The position numbers were made by a program, and so were the translations under genes. A model generated the notes under the pieces. It searched no databases and was not told where the DNA came from. It worked only from the letters and a program-made list of their open reading frames with translations. 64,000 nucleotides of DNA from Candidatus Obscuribacterales bacterium (lineage in GTDB: Bacteria > Cyanobacteriota > Vampirovibrionia > Obscuribacterales > Obscuribacteraceae), in NCBI GenBank assembly GCA_965228855.1, contig CBDDIJ010000002.1, positions 224,001-288,000 of the forward strand. The letters run 5' to 3'. Positions 18,301 through 27,132 of this stretch are shown here, in pieces (positions within the stretch are counted from its first letter, which is position 1; the number at the start of each line of letters is the position of its first letter).

Positions 18301-20496
18301 TGCTCCTCCGGAGATGTTTCTACCGGCAACAATTGTTACGCCACCGCCTGTAGTGACATAACTTCCCGCCAACTCCAGATCCGTCTGCGCCGTGATCGTG
18401 ATCGTGCCATCGGCATCGATGTCTGAAACACTTGCAAACGCCGCTGATTGCACCAGTGCGTTAGCTCCGGCAAAAACCGTTCCAGTGACATTAACATCCT
18501 GTGCGTTCGGCGTTGTCGTTCCTGGAGCAAATGAACCTTGAACGATAGCGCCCGTCGTGTCGTTTATCAAAACAGGACCATTCACCACGACAGGTTGGAA
18601 GCTGCTTATCAGCACATTGCCGGTCCCATCATTTGTGCCGACACCCTGCGTATCAACATCTGCAACGGTCACACCGCCGCCACCAATGATGGTGACATTG
18701 CCATTATTGCCACCGGCACCGCCGAGGGCCGAGATTGTTGCCGAATCCAGATCTATATTGCCGGAATTGGCACTGCTGCCTGCGAAAGCTACGATAGTGA
18801 TATCACCGGCATTGGTAGTTCCATCTGAAATGAAATCCAGCAAAAGTCCGTCACCGTTGATAGATCCGCCACCGGCCGAAGCCCCGCTTATAGAATTGTT
18901 CGCACCAGCGCTTGTCCAATTAGAGCCGGCCACCAGCGTAATGGTTCCACCGGCCCCACTGTCGTTATGGGTATCAATCGTCGCATCCAGATCGAAGTTG
19001 ATATCGCCACGCGCCAGAATCGCGACCGGACCGCCACCGGTAGTGATGTCGTTCATCAAGGTAAAATTGCCGGTCGACTTGAACGTCGGATCTCCACTCG
19101 CCTGCATGCTGTTGACGATCAAGTTCTCAGTGTCAGCAAGCACGCTAGCCGTTCCCGCACGCCCCGTTATCGCACCGGTGAGCTCGCCGACATTCACATT
19201 CAGAGCGCCATCGCCAGAATAAAGATTCAGATCCTTAGACAACCAATCGCCACCGGTCAGAGTCGTATTAGCCTTGGCTGTATTGTTGATATCGCCAACG
19301 GTAATCGCACCATTCAGCGCCTGAATAGAGCCGCCCGCATTGTTTACAACAATTGAACCAGTGGCATCGTACGCACCGGCAGTAATACCAATATTGTTCT
19401 GAGCAGAAATTGTTCCACTATTCGAAAGCGTCGCTGTTTCAATCGAAACGTCTCTGGCCGCCGATATTGAAGCGACTGAGTGATTTCCGCTAAGGTTTGA
19501 AACCGTTTTAGCCGACAGAGTCAGGTTGCCCGAACTCGAGATTTCACCTTTATTGACCAGACTGTCGTCGGCTCGCAGCTTCAGATCGACCGACGACTGC
19601 AAATTGTCGTATTCGGGAAACATCGATGAATCGGTCACCGACGAAATCAAACCGCCCGCGTTATTTGTGAGATTGCGCACCGCGATGGACGCTTTGTCTG
19701 CACCAGGCTTGTTGGAAAGCGCGTAGATAGCGCCATTGTTTACGAGGTCACCCTTGAGGTTGAAGTCAGAGCGATTGCTGAAGTTTCCGACCACCTTAAT
19801 GGCTTCCGGAATCACGAGTCCGGAAACGTTCATACTGCTGCCATTCGTAAGCGAATCGAGTGAAAGCTGCCCGCCTGAGGCTCTTCCGGAATTGTCGAGT
19901 TGCAGCGTCTGCCCGTCGCCACCGAGAACTTGAATAATCGATGCGTATTCCGCTGCTGTTACGCGCGAACCGGCTGAAAATGTTTTCTCACCATTGCCAA
20001 CGCTTAAAGTGACGCTATCCGCGCTGCCAAACAGTTCCTGTCCAAGCTGGATGCTTCGTTCGTTGGAACCAAAATTTAATTCGACCGCAGCGTTTACGTT
20101 CCGGACTTTGCCGGTTTCCGTTATCTGCCAGGTTTTCGACTCGTTGCGTCGAGTGATGTTTGCGTCACGATTAACATGACCGCCACCGCGAACTCGAATC
20201 ATCGGCGCGAGATTGTCTTGAGGAGCGGTAATTGGAAGTATCGGCTGAGGAAGTGTGATACTCGGGTTAGAGCGCACTCGATTTTCCAATCGCTCAGCTC
20301 TGTTTTGAAGCCGCTCCGCGCGATTCTCCAATCGCAACTGGCGGAGAGCCGACCGGTCAATATCCATTCCAGCCAGTCTGTCAGCGCGATTTGCATACGC
20401 CGGTCCAATTGAGAGAAGGAACGAAAGAGAAACACATGGAGTCACAAAAGAGCTCCAAGTAAGGTTTTCGAATGTTTTGTCAGGCTTACCGTTCAT
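12358..20496 (-). CDS. giant secreted beta-helix (haemagglutinin/adhesin-like) protein with FecR-like C-terminal domain
   Basis: 2712 aa; signal-like N-terminus (...IGPAYA); G/N/S/T-rich beta-helical repeats; C-terminal 'DMVVETPDARVSIARGAVVLV...SVYDMHD...VSLAPGRH' FecR-like segment. Confidence 0.8.
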   Translation of the reverse strand: MNGKPDKTFENLTWSSFVTPCVSLSFLLSIGPAYANRADRLAGMDIDRSALRQLRLENRAERLQNRAERLENRVRSNPSITLPQPILPITAPQDNLAPMIRVRGGGHVNRDANITRRNESKTWQITETGKVRNVNAAVELNFGSNERSIQLGQELFGSADSVTLSVGNGEKTFSAGSRVTAAEYASIIQVLGGDGQTLQLDNSGRASGGQLSLDSLTNGSSMNVSGLVIPEAIKVVGNFSNRSDFNLKGDLVNNGAIYALSNKPGADKASIAVRNLTNNAGGLISSVTDSSMFPEYDNLQSSVDLKLRADDSLVNKGEISSSGNLTLSAKTVSNLSGNHSVASISAARDVSIETATLSNSGTISAQNNIGITAGAYDATGSIVVNNAGGSIQALNGAITVGDINNTAKANTTLTGGDWLSKDLNLYSGDGALNVNVGELTGAITGRAGTASVLADTENLIVNSMQASGDPTFKSTGNFTLMNDITTGGGPVAILARGDINFDLDATIDTHNDSGAGGTITLVAGSNWTSAGANNSISGASAGGGSINGDGLLLDFISDGTTNAGDITIVAFAGSSANSGNIDLDSATISALGGAGGNNGNVTIIGGGGVTVADVDTQGVGTNDGTGNVLISSFQPVVVNGPVLINDTTGAIVQGSFAPGTTTPNAQDVNVTGTVFAGANALVQSAAFASVSDIDADGTITITAQTDLELAGSYVTTGGGVTIVAGRNISGGAPTQTDIDTSSASGDGGNVFVIAGANFTQDANNITITGASAIGGFIYLDNDDPGVGNSLGIVDTSSSAANGSGGDVTFIAYRGSNIGGGYVATDFEDTVITTGGNGTGSNGDISFIAGQNNGFYGIGIRGVFDTTGASTVGTGNFYAATAQPLGNVVISKNTQSITSGTFRGGAITNGLAFIDEITVGQGATATILYGGEFGDLAQDITAPGGILVVAGGDIYSRNFGTVFSAASNIGDGGNITMIAGATFTQSGTNVTITGATTTGGDLNLALNGFNEVRTNSNAANGAGGDITLVAFDAAGKDSGNIYIQNNATVNASGNGTGANGNIIMVAGSDTDGIVADISFGLTGAAGTGLISFNNSTPNSGVVLSTATAGVTSGDFRGGALAAGDIFVQNLTVRGGDVELISGGAVRALNVDVSALAVGDGGSVTVRTGSNETLDIGAATGSNAITSILVSAGTTSGNGGTIDIQADGSGGLNVAAIGSVSATEGNGGNLRLVALTGDLVIANTVVLSANAGTATAASHNGGIVELYGRNLTSSGFDVSASSTGGGTGGVAEIVVTGGGNLSVGTGANDVTLVGNFSLVRLGTIGGGDVTVTNTGALTTSSLIDIDAETGDVFLQGALSAPTVTIAGQTITSSVTISGSTALTIDAAASFTNTGLTTGGVVSINGGNITVAGVTGTTSVDIDGGTTGLVLLQGAVNSPVTTVAGQTVTNNSTLTGSSTLEINTPTFITTGATNGGGVTINSSDVTVTNTGSITATVSLDIDAGATGDVLLQGAVSGPVTSITGQTVSNSATLSGSTSLTIEAESYTASANATGGIISISGGDVTVDSGAVVNGSTSIDIDAGATGDVVNSGTITSPSTSIVAQSVTNSGTITGTTLLDIDTASYINSGNTNGGVINLHSLAGGSLALSGAGGTFTSTVETQIGSDVNISLSGSQTFNGNVDLTAISTPTSSITLQAGSTYIGNNQVRITTYTYTELPVSSFIGNPKIVNTNFYNIINTSGDVVLPANLIFTGQSLAIIASGNITSTGATLIDLSAAGDAGSLTLLAGFDSTPGTMGQVRVVGPNTVTGVSTTGGNIDLGNVTINLTSSGANGGSLVAAASAGTASDGTVSLGSVSTTGAVGVSGDVQIIGQGGVVVGAIDTNGAAAVDGGVVVRAAQPLIVGTLVYQDGSAISGSISNGPLSAGSITVSSIDAGNRSIEIQTLGSATDVLTVGGDLSAHSIDLVSGFGTIDLRAISGIVANVDGSGNGGQIDVSGNSVLVNTTVDNPFVLNADATTGDGGSVSYFTNDQTATYLGAVPKAKKGSVFFDVSAAGGTGVNAAGGQIDFETGGNLSVLASTTDASVNGTGNANGASYTFKAGSTAPKGGTLAIIGDLDASGIGTGIDGSINLTSNSKKAFTLGSSKAPKNGVQGMLLGDGITVTNNGGGITIASSSAVQAADLSLNAGLKGAIVGSKGVVVTADSIVFNSDTGAIGKKPISVDTDSLEFHTNSKVNLASVGTATLTVQASDAVDGASLTASGSVILNDVIVDDGDISVITGGANSRLSVVSAAHLLATNGGILLQNTQVDTGDIQLGASSIIETAGKGDDVTIAIGALPRKPIAGTQPANVNTDIQGKGEIFWGPDNGIIANGAISNIVAINKAVIFNNGSSDVASKKIILDGGVTVIADPPSRGAAAVSLASIQSPSLSSESAVASEGGQTMSVPSVTAEGYLDNQAYQTSQQFKTSQTSQPTNTALLSPLDSFAGAVANSSIVLTTETMNATAGSGTAVGADLRLAPGGEEVAQVNAIELISDNLPGAKAVGESHSLKSGRALIVASKDMVVETPDARVSIARGAVVLVVAGGHGTSVYDMHDVKRAGVRVNFGSQSVSLAPGRHATVCARRAGSYSAVNPMESIMHRDVNEVATADGVGAFTSEFSVHSAVQSVSSLRSIFASSHPECAKLSSRMMKTSAILMHLSGSQEPFQQYLAPRVAAYR

Positions 20497-20820
20497 ATTC
20501 GTCTTTCTCCATTTAGTTACCGAGCCGCTTGAGCGTCACCGAAAGCTTCCTGCAAGCATTCGCAAACTACCCAACCCTTGTGTGCAAGCCATTCTTGCAA
20601 GCGCAACGAAACGAAAACGCGCCAAGAACCCGAGTGAGAGCTGGCTCGCACAGCCACAAAGCCTACCACTTATTGACACGAATTTCGTCACCCTTTGGAA
20701 TGACCTTAGCGCTGGACGAAACTCACTCTTGGAAATCCCGCAGCGGCTGTCAATAGAGCCATCAGGATTTACATAAGAAGATGTTATACAATTCTTTTCT
20801 CCTTATAAAAGGCGCCTGTC

Positions 20821-21897
20821 ATGCCGGACAAAAAACCAATTTTGTTTTCCACCGCCAGCTACGAATACCTGAAGAAGGCGATGATGGCGGGCGACCGGTT
20901 CGTCGACGGCTTGATCGCGCGCGGACAATCGAAAGACGGGCCGGTTTACGAAGACAAACCTTTCCCGGACGGCGAACGCTATCACCGCATCATGACCGAG
21001 GTCGCGGACCATGAAGTCATACTTCTCGGTGGCACAATCGACGATCGAGAAACAATGGAACTTCTGGATCTGGGGCAGGCGATTGTTGAGAAAGGCGCGC
21101 TGAGTCTGCTTTTGCTTGTTCCCTACTTCGGATATTCAACGATGGAACGCCAGGTGCTGCCGGGCGAAGTTGTAAAAGCGAAGAATCGCGCCAGACTGAT
21201 CTCGGCGATACCGCCGGCAGCATTCAGAAATCGGATTTTGCTCCTCGATTTGCACTCGGAAGGAATTCCTCACTACTTCGAAAACAGCCTTGTCGCCTAC
21301 CATCTGTACGCTCGCGACCTGATCATCGACGCCATTGTCGACGTTGTAAAAGAATGGCAGTCATCGGCACTGGTAGCGTCCGCGGTGGCAGACGGCAAAG
21401 GTTCTAAACCCTATGAGCGAGGCGGACGGTCCGACGAGAACTGGCTGGACGACGCCCACTTCACCCTTGCATCCACGGACGCGGGTCGGGCTAAATGGGT
21501 AGAATCACTCGCTCAAGACATGTCTGCACGCGGCATCCCCGTACACCCTGCGTTTATCATCAAACGCCGCACCTCCGGGGCTGAAACAGAAGTCGCCGAC
21601 ATCTCCGCAGACGTCGACGGAAAGTTTGTAATCATTTACGACGACATGGTGCGCACCGGCGGAAGCGCAATCAAGGCAGCCAAAGCCTATTTGAATAAAG
21701 GTGCCAGGGCAATCGCGTTGGTTTGCACCCACGGCGTCTTGCCAAAGGATTCGAAACAGCGCTTGAAAGACTCAGGCTGTTTCTTCAAAATCGTAGTCAC
21801 CGACAGCCATCCCCGGGCGGTCGAACTGGAAGATGACTTCGTAAAAGTCGTGTCAATCGCCAGCCTGCTCGAAGAAAGCATCTTCAACCATCATTGA
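20821..21897 (+). CDS. prs: ribose-phosphate pyrophosphokinase family protein, copy 2
   Basis: FPDGE, PYFGYSTMER, DLHSEG, STDAG, IIYDDMVRTGGS, CTHGV; clear paralog of 4293..5414. Confidence 0.87.
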   Translation: MPDKKPILFSTASYEYLKKAMMAGDRFVDGLIARGQSKDGPVYEDKPFPDGERYHRIMTEVADHEVILLGGTIDDRETMELLDLGQAIVEKGALSLLLLVPYFGYSTMERQVLPGEVVKAKNRARLISAIPPAAFRNRILLLDLHSEGIPHYFENSLVAYHLYARDLIIDAIVDVVKEWQSSALVASAVADGKGSKPYERGGRSDENWLDDAHFTLASTDAGRAKWVESLAQDMSARGIPVHPAFIIKRRTSGAETEVADISADVDGKFVIIYDDMVRTGGSAIKAAKAYLNKGARAIALVCTHGVLPKDSKQRLKDSGCFFKIVVTDSHPRAVELEDDFVKVVSIASLLEESIFNHH

Positions 21898-21954
21898 AGA
21901 GACATCAGAAAACTGATCGTATGATATGTTCATAACAAAATTAGAAGGCAACTT

Positions 21955-24864
21955 ATGAAATCGGTGTCGTTGAAAAACAAACTTAAAAATCACGGATTTG
22001 TTCGCGTTGCAACAGCGACTCCGAAGCTCAAGGTCGGCAATGTGACCTACAACTGTGCCGAAATTATCGAGCTCCTGAAGCAGGCGGAAAATGAGCGCGC
22101 CGCTGTGGTTTTCTTTCCCGAGCTATCATTGACCGGCTACACATGCGCAGACCTCTTCCACAACTTTGAGCTTTTGCAAGGTGCGCTTGATGGGTTGGAA
22201 ACCGTCCGAGCGGCCACCCTCAACGATTTCTCCGGTATCGCGTTTGTAGGCGTGCCGCTTCTCATAGACAACCTTGTATTCAACTGCGCTGTGGCGCTCA
22301 GCAATGGGAAAATTCTTGGTGCTGTTCCGAAAAGCTATCTGCCAAACGCAGGGGAGTTCTATGAGTGGCGCTGGTTCTCACCGGCAGAGTGCTCGGTAAA
22401 TGACTCGATTTTGCTGGGTAGTGAAACAGTTCCGTTCGGAACCGACATTTTGTTCTCCGCAGACAACTTTCCCGGGCTGGTGATCGGGCTTGACGTGTGC
22501 GAGGACGGTTGGGCAGTCGACCCTCCGTCGTTGAAGCATGCCATCATGGGCGCCACCATTATCGGAAATCTGTCAGCAAGTCCAGAGTGGGTGAGCAAGC
22601 AAGAATACAGAAGAACTCTGTTCACGATGCGCTCAGCGACACTGCTTTCGGCATACGCCTACACTTCGTCCGGCGTTCATGAATCCACTTCCGACCTGGT
22701 GTTCAGCGGACATCAGTTAATTTGCGAAAACGGCTCTCTTATCGCTCAGTGCAAACCCTTCTCCAGAGACTCAAAGTTGACTGTCGCCGACATCGACATC
22801 GAACGACTCCTGGCGGATCGAATGAGAATCAAAAACTTCGCCGACGCCAGACGACGAACGAAAGAACGACTCAAGTATCGCAAAGCTCCATTCAAAGCCA
22901 ATTTTGTGGAAGAGCCTTCAACCTTGATGCGCAAAGTCGATCCGCGTCCATTTGTGCCGAGAGATTCATTCGCGTTGAACGAACGTTGCGATGATATCTT
23001 CAACATCCAGGTAGCCGGGCTGGCGAAGCGGCTTGAGCAGCTCGGCAAAAATCCAAGCATCGTGCTCGGAATTTCCGGTGGTTTGGATTCGACTCTTGCA
23101 GTTCTCGTCGCATGCAGAACAATGGACCTGCTCGGACTGGACCGCACTAACATCCGCGGATTTACAATGCCGGGATTTGGTACGACGGAGCGCACAAAGA
23201 ACAATGCTCTGGCGCTCATGAAGGAGCTTGGAATCAAGGTCGAGCCAGTTGCCGACATCAGAGCCGCATGCCTGGAAGAGATGCGGCAGATGAAACATTC
23301 TCCGTTTGCGCAAATAAATATTGATGAGATTTACAGCCAAGCCGCAAAGAAAGTAGAGAAATCCAAAGAGTTCACGATCGACGCTATCCAAACGGCGGCA
23401 CAAGAACTCTTTTCCGATGCTTTGAGTAATCTTCCTGCAAACAGTCAGGACCTGGTTTTTGAAAACATTCAGGCCCGAATGCGCACGAAGATATTGATGG
23501 ACTCCGGATTCGTACTTGGCACCGGAGACCTCTCAGAGCTCGCCCTGGGCTGGTGTACGTACAACGCCGACCACATGAGCATGTATAACGTCAACTCCGG
23601 AGTCCCGAAAACTCTTGTACGTTTTCTCGTAAAGTGGGCCGCAGAGCACCTCTTCGAAGGAGAGACCAGACGCATTCTTATCGATATTTTCGATACTGAG
23701 ATTTCTCCGGAGCTCCTGCCTGCAGGCAAGGACGGCACCATTGCTCAAAAAACCGAAAGCTTGATCGGTCCATACGAACTTCACGATTTCTTTTTGTACA
23801 ACATGCTGCGCTTCGGTTTCAGTCCAGAAAAAATTCTATTTCTGGCGAAACATGCAAAATTTCAGGGAGAGTACGACGAGAGCGAAACTCGCGTATGGCT
23901 CAAAATTTTCATTCAGCGCTTCTTCCGAAATCAGTTCAAGCGCAACTGTTTACCCGACGGTCCCAAGGTCGGCTCTATCTGCCTTTCGCCGCGAGGTGAC
24001 TGGAGAATGCCGAGCGATGCCGATGAAACGCTCTGGTTACGTTGGGCTGAAAAAGATACTCTACCAATCGGTGCGAGTGAGACGAATACGCCGTTCAGCT
24101 CCCGTTCCACAACATCCAACTCGAATGGCAAAGGGTCGAAGAAACTCTTAAGAGTATTGCTACGCATTGATGAGCAGAATGACTTCATGCCCGGGGGGGC
24201 GCTCGCCGTCGCTGATGGCGACCAGATCGTAGACGTCTCCAACAGACTTGCCCTGAGCGGTTATTATGATCTAGTCGTGGATAGCATGGACGATCATCCT
24301 GTGGACCACGGATCATTTGCATCTCAGCATGACGGCAAGAAACCGCTGACAGACCGAGTTTCACTACACGGCATCGATCAGCAGCTCTGGCCGGACCATT
24401 GCGTCTCCGGAACACAAGGCGCTGAATTTCATCCGAAACTAGACCGCTCAATGGTCGCCATGACCGTCAAAAAGGGACAGGACAAGCGTGTCGACAGCTA
24501 CAGCGCATTCTATGACAACGGTCGCCACGCCAACGTAGGCAACAAGAAGCAAAACCAGTTCCTGGGACAATCCACTGGATTGGCTGATTATCTGCGACAG
24601 TGCGCCGAAGAGCGCAAAGCAACTGCAATCCAAATCGACATCGTCGGTCTGGCTCTTCCCTTCTGCGTGACATACAGCGCGAAGGATGCACGAGAGGAAA
24701 TGTATAAAGGCAGACCATTTGATGTGCGCGTAATTGCCGACGGCGTCAAGGCTATCGAACTGCAAGACGGCGATTTTGAGCGGTCGCTAGCGGACCTGAA
24801 AAAATCAGATATTGAAATTATCACAAGCAAAGACGTACTTGCCGAGCTCACAGCGAAACGCTGA
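21955..24864 (+). CDS. nadE: glutamine-dependent NAD+ synthetase fused to nicotinamidase (PncA), copy 2
   Basis: FPEL, PKSYLPN, VCED, GISGGLDS, ENIQARMR, GTGDLSE, NQFKR, SPRGDWRMPSD; PncA DEQNDFMPGGALAV, WPDHCV, DSYSAF, GLALPFCV. Confidence 0.93.
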   Translation: MKSVSLKNKLKNHGFVRVATATPKLKVGNVTYNCAEIIELLKQAENERAAVVFFPELSLTGYTCADLFHNFELLQGALDGLETVRAATLNDFSGIAFVGVPLLIDNLVFNCAVALSNGKILGAVPKSYLPNAGEFYEWRWFSPAECSVNDSILLGSETVPFGTDILFSADNFPGLVIGLDVCEDGWAVDPPSLKHAIMGATIIGNLSASPEWVSKQEYRRTLFTMRSATLLSAYAYTSSGVHESTSDLVFSGHQLICENGSLIAQCKPFSRDSKLTVADIDIERLLADRMRIKNFADARRRTKERLKYRKAPFKANFVEEPSTLMRKVDPRPFVPRDSFALNERCDDIFNIQVAGLAKRLEQLGKNPSIVLGISGGLDSTLAVLVACRTMDLLGLDRTNIRGFTMPGFGTTERTKNNALALMKELGIKVEPVADIRAACLEEMRQMKHSPFAQINIDEIYSQAAKKVEKSKEFTIDAIQTAAQELFSDALSNLPANSQDLVFENIQARMRTKILMDSGFVLGTGDLSELALGWCTYNADHMSMYNVNSGVPKTLVRFLVKWAAEHLFEGETRRILIDIFDTEISPELLPAGKDGTIAQKTESLIGPYELHDFFLYNMLRFGFSPEKILFLAKHAKFQGEYDESETRVWLKIFIQRFFRNQFKRNCLPDGPKVGSICLSPRGDWRMPSDADETLWLRWAEKDTLPIGASETNTPFSSRSTTSNSNGKGSKKLLRVLLRIDEQNDFMPGGALAVADGDQIVDVSNRLALSGYYDLVVDSMDDHPVDHGSFASQHDGKKPLTDRVSLHGIDQQLWPDHCVSGTQGAEFHPKLDRSMVAMTVKKGQDKRVDSYSAFYDNGRHANVGNKKQNQFLGQSTGLADYLRQCAEERKATAIQIDIVGLALPFCVTYSAKDAREEMYKGRPFDVRVIADGVKAIELQDGDFERSLADLKKSDIEIITSKDVLAELTAKR

Positions 24865-25387
24865 AAGCCTTACTCTCAATATCAATGCGTGCAATCGCGC
24901 CAGGCAACTATTCACCTTAAATGTGGTGGGATTACGATGTGGCGTTTTCCTGATAGAGTTTGGCGCCTCATCCAAAAGACGCACGGAGACGGAGTTACAA
25001 GCAGGAATGGCAAGCGTTTTGCGCCCTTACCAAATATTCGACGAACGTTGATCGAGTGCCTAACAACGGAATAGGTTGTTGCCATCATCCATAACTCATC
25101 TCGAGTCGCGAACAAAACAAACCTTCAAGTCCCGCACAATAACCAGTTCAAAGCAAACTCCCAGCACTGAAGGTGTCGCCATGTCAGTCGCCCTGCGAAC
25201 ACTTACGCCACCGCTGACAGTGCTGCATTAATCGGCCCACAAAGCCGTTCAACATAAAGGAAGCGCATGCTTTCCTCCCTCCTAATCGACTGGTCCTTCA
25301 GTCGTTTTACATAAACGGCTTCGAGCCGCGGCAGGGGTTCAGCCCCTATCTTGTTGTTTCCCAACTCGTTTCAAACTGGAGACGTCA

Positions 25388-25612
25388 ATGAAGAACTGCA
25401 TCCGTTGCCGCAAAGAGATCCCCGCCGAGCGCGTGGAGGCCCTGCCGGAAACCGAGCTGTGCATCAAGTGCAGCGAGGCGGTGGGCGGCGATTTCATCCT
25501 GGTAGCGCACAACGAGCGCACCAGCAAACCGGGCAGCATGAAGCACAACTACGGCGGCGTGTCCGTCAAGTTGGTGCGTCGGCACATCGCCCCGCTGCCT
25601 CCCGAGAACTAA
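25388..25612 (+). CDS. TraR/DksA C4-type zinc finger protein
   Basis: CIRCRKEIPAERVEALPETELCIKC; GGAG SD. Confidence 0.85.
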   Translation: MKNCIRCRKEIPAERVEALPETELCIKCSEAVGGDFILVAHNERTSKPGSMKHNYGGVSVKLVRRHIAPLPPEN

Positions 25613-25642
25613 ACAGTGCTCGGGCGGTGGCGCCCTGTTTTC

Positions 25643-25681
25643 GCAAAGTCGCCAGGCGAGCAGCACGCCTGGCGACTTTGC
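25643..25681. terminator. hairpin at the 3' end of the TraR/DksA gene
   Basis: GCAAAGTCGCCAGGCG / CGCCTGGCGACTTTGC 16-bp perfect stem. Confidence 0.6.
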
Positions 25682-25695
25682 ACCCAGCCCATTTG

Positions 25696-25919
25696 CTACT
25701 ATCTAATATCGTGCTCGTCAAGTCCCCAATGACTTGTCCGTAGAGGCTTTGCGAGACTTCCCTCTCCTAACGAATCCAATTTGTCTATCGTACGATGCCG
25801 GAATTTCGAAATTCCGGCATTCCAGGATAGACAAAATCGTCCTTTCAAAAACACGAATTTCCAGTATCCCTCTGGCAAAGCCTCTTTCGAAGCCACGTCG
25901 ATATTAGGTTCTATAGTAG
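25696..25919. promoter_or_regulatory. symmetric module: outward TAGTAG motifs (25696-25715 minus, 25900-25919 plus) flanking a 56-bp palindromic element (25780-25835)
   Basis: TTTGTCTATC...GATAGACAAA enclosing the perfect 26-bp palindrome ATGCCGGAATTTCGAAATTCCGGCAT; both motifs exactly 84 bp from the element ends. Confidence 0.75.
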
Positions 25920-25933
25920 CAAAATGGGGGAAA

Positions 25934-25959
25934 GACGGAGGCGAAAAGTCGCCTCCGTC
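25934..25959. terminator. hairpin at the 3' end of the lipoprotein gene
   Basis: GACGGAGGCGA / TCGCCTCCGTC stem. Confidence 0.6.
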
Positions 25960-25977
25960 CGTTTCAGTCGTCGCTAA

Positions 25978-26487
25978 TCAGCGCCGGCCGCCGTGGTCAC
26001 GACCGTCGTGCCCGCCGCGTCCGCCATGATCGCGACCGTGGTCGAGACCACCGCGCCCCGGAAAGCCACGGTCCGGCTGGCGATGCGGCGGGTCGCGGAA
26101 GACCGGAGGACGATGCACCGGAGGCTGGCGGAGTACCGGGCCGCGGTACACCGGATGGTTGCGCCAGTAAGGGTCATAGCTGCGGTAGTGCCCGTCGTGA
26201 CGATGCCAGCCGCGATTGGGAAACCAACCGCGATCGCACCAGACACGCGACCCGCCAGACCAGTAGAAGTACAACCCGACGGAGTTGTCCCTGTAGTAGT
26301 ACCGGGCGCCGTCGTACCAGTAGTCGATGTCGACCACCACGGAGGTGCCCTGATCCACGACAATCGCGTCGCTGCCATAGACCGGAGCAGATGGGTAACC
26401 GTCGTAGGCGTAGTAGGTACCCGCACAACCGGACAGAAGCGAGACCAGGAGGGCGCCTGCGCCGAGAGTCAAAAGTGTTCTCTTCAT
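25978..26487 (-). CDS. putative lipoprotein with Tyr/Trp-rich core and His/Gly/Arg/Asp-rich tail
   Basis: MKR + hydrophobic stretch + LLSGC lipobox; AAGGA SD. Confidence 0.75.
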   Translation of the reverse strand: MKRTLLTLGAGALLVSLLSGCAGTYYAYDGYPSAPVYGSDAIVVDQGTSVVVDIDYWYDGARYYYRDNSVGLYFYWSGGSRVWCDRGWFPNRGWHRHDGHYRSYDPYWRNHPVYRGPVLRQPPVHRPPVFRDPPHRQPDRGFPGRGGLDHGRDHGGRGGHDGRDHGGRR

Positions 26488-27132
26488 ACGTTCGTGATTC
26501 CTTTTGATTCAAAACCTTGAACCGAGGTCGATTGCAGATTCCGCTGATCTGCAGTCGATGATTTCTGAAGTAACTTCAGTTCTTGCGACAGCGGTATCGC
26601 AAGAACATCATGTTCGGCTAATCACAGCAGAGCAGAACCGAGACGACCCGCAGAAGCCAAATCGCGAGCTCTTCCTTACGGGTCAATCGAGGCACTCGAA
26701 ACCGATGCTGCTCCACCGGACCATGACTGGCCGGCAATGAAGCTAAAAAACTAACCTGAAGCTGTTTACGAAATTAAAACCAATGCAGCGCTTCAAGATG
26801 ACAAGAAGTCATGTGTACTTTGGATATTATTGACCGCCAAAATAAAAAGCAAGCTGGAAACACTAAACCTGTTTGATTCTTTCCAGCTCTCAAACCGTAT
26901 TTGCCTGCAGGCGGCTGGCTTCAGGTCTGAAACAGACCGCTAGCGTAGCTCGCAGCGGCTCACCGCCCAGCGTTACACTCACCTGGGCGGCGAACTAGAA
27001 ATGGTGTCGAAGGCATATAAAGACTGCTAGATGACCGATAAGACCAAAGGTGTATTTATCTCCTCATAATTAGGGTATGTAAAATTCGAATCCTCGGCTC
27101 AATTTTTCTGGCGGTGGGCGAGGGAGGAAAAG

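Noticed and set aside
25780..25835. 56-bp palindromes as ordinary REP/MITE elements, or parS/dif sites
   Set aside because: No GTAG-type REP clusters, target-site duplications or transposase, and no match to parS or dif consensus. Fixed spacing to a second motif is not explained by a simple REP.
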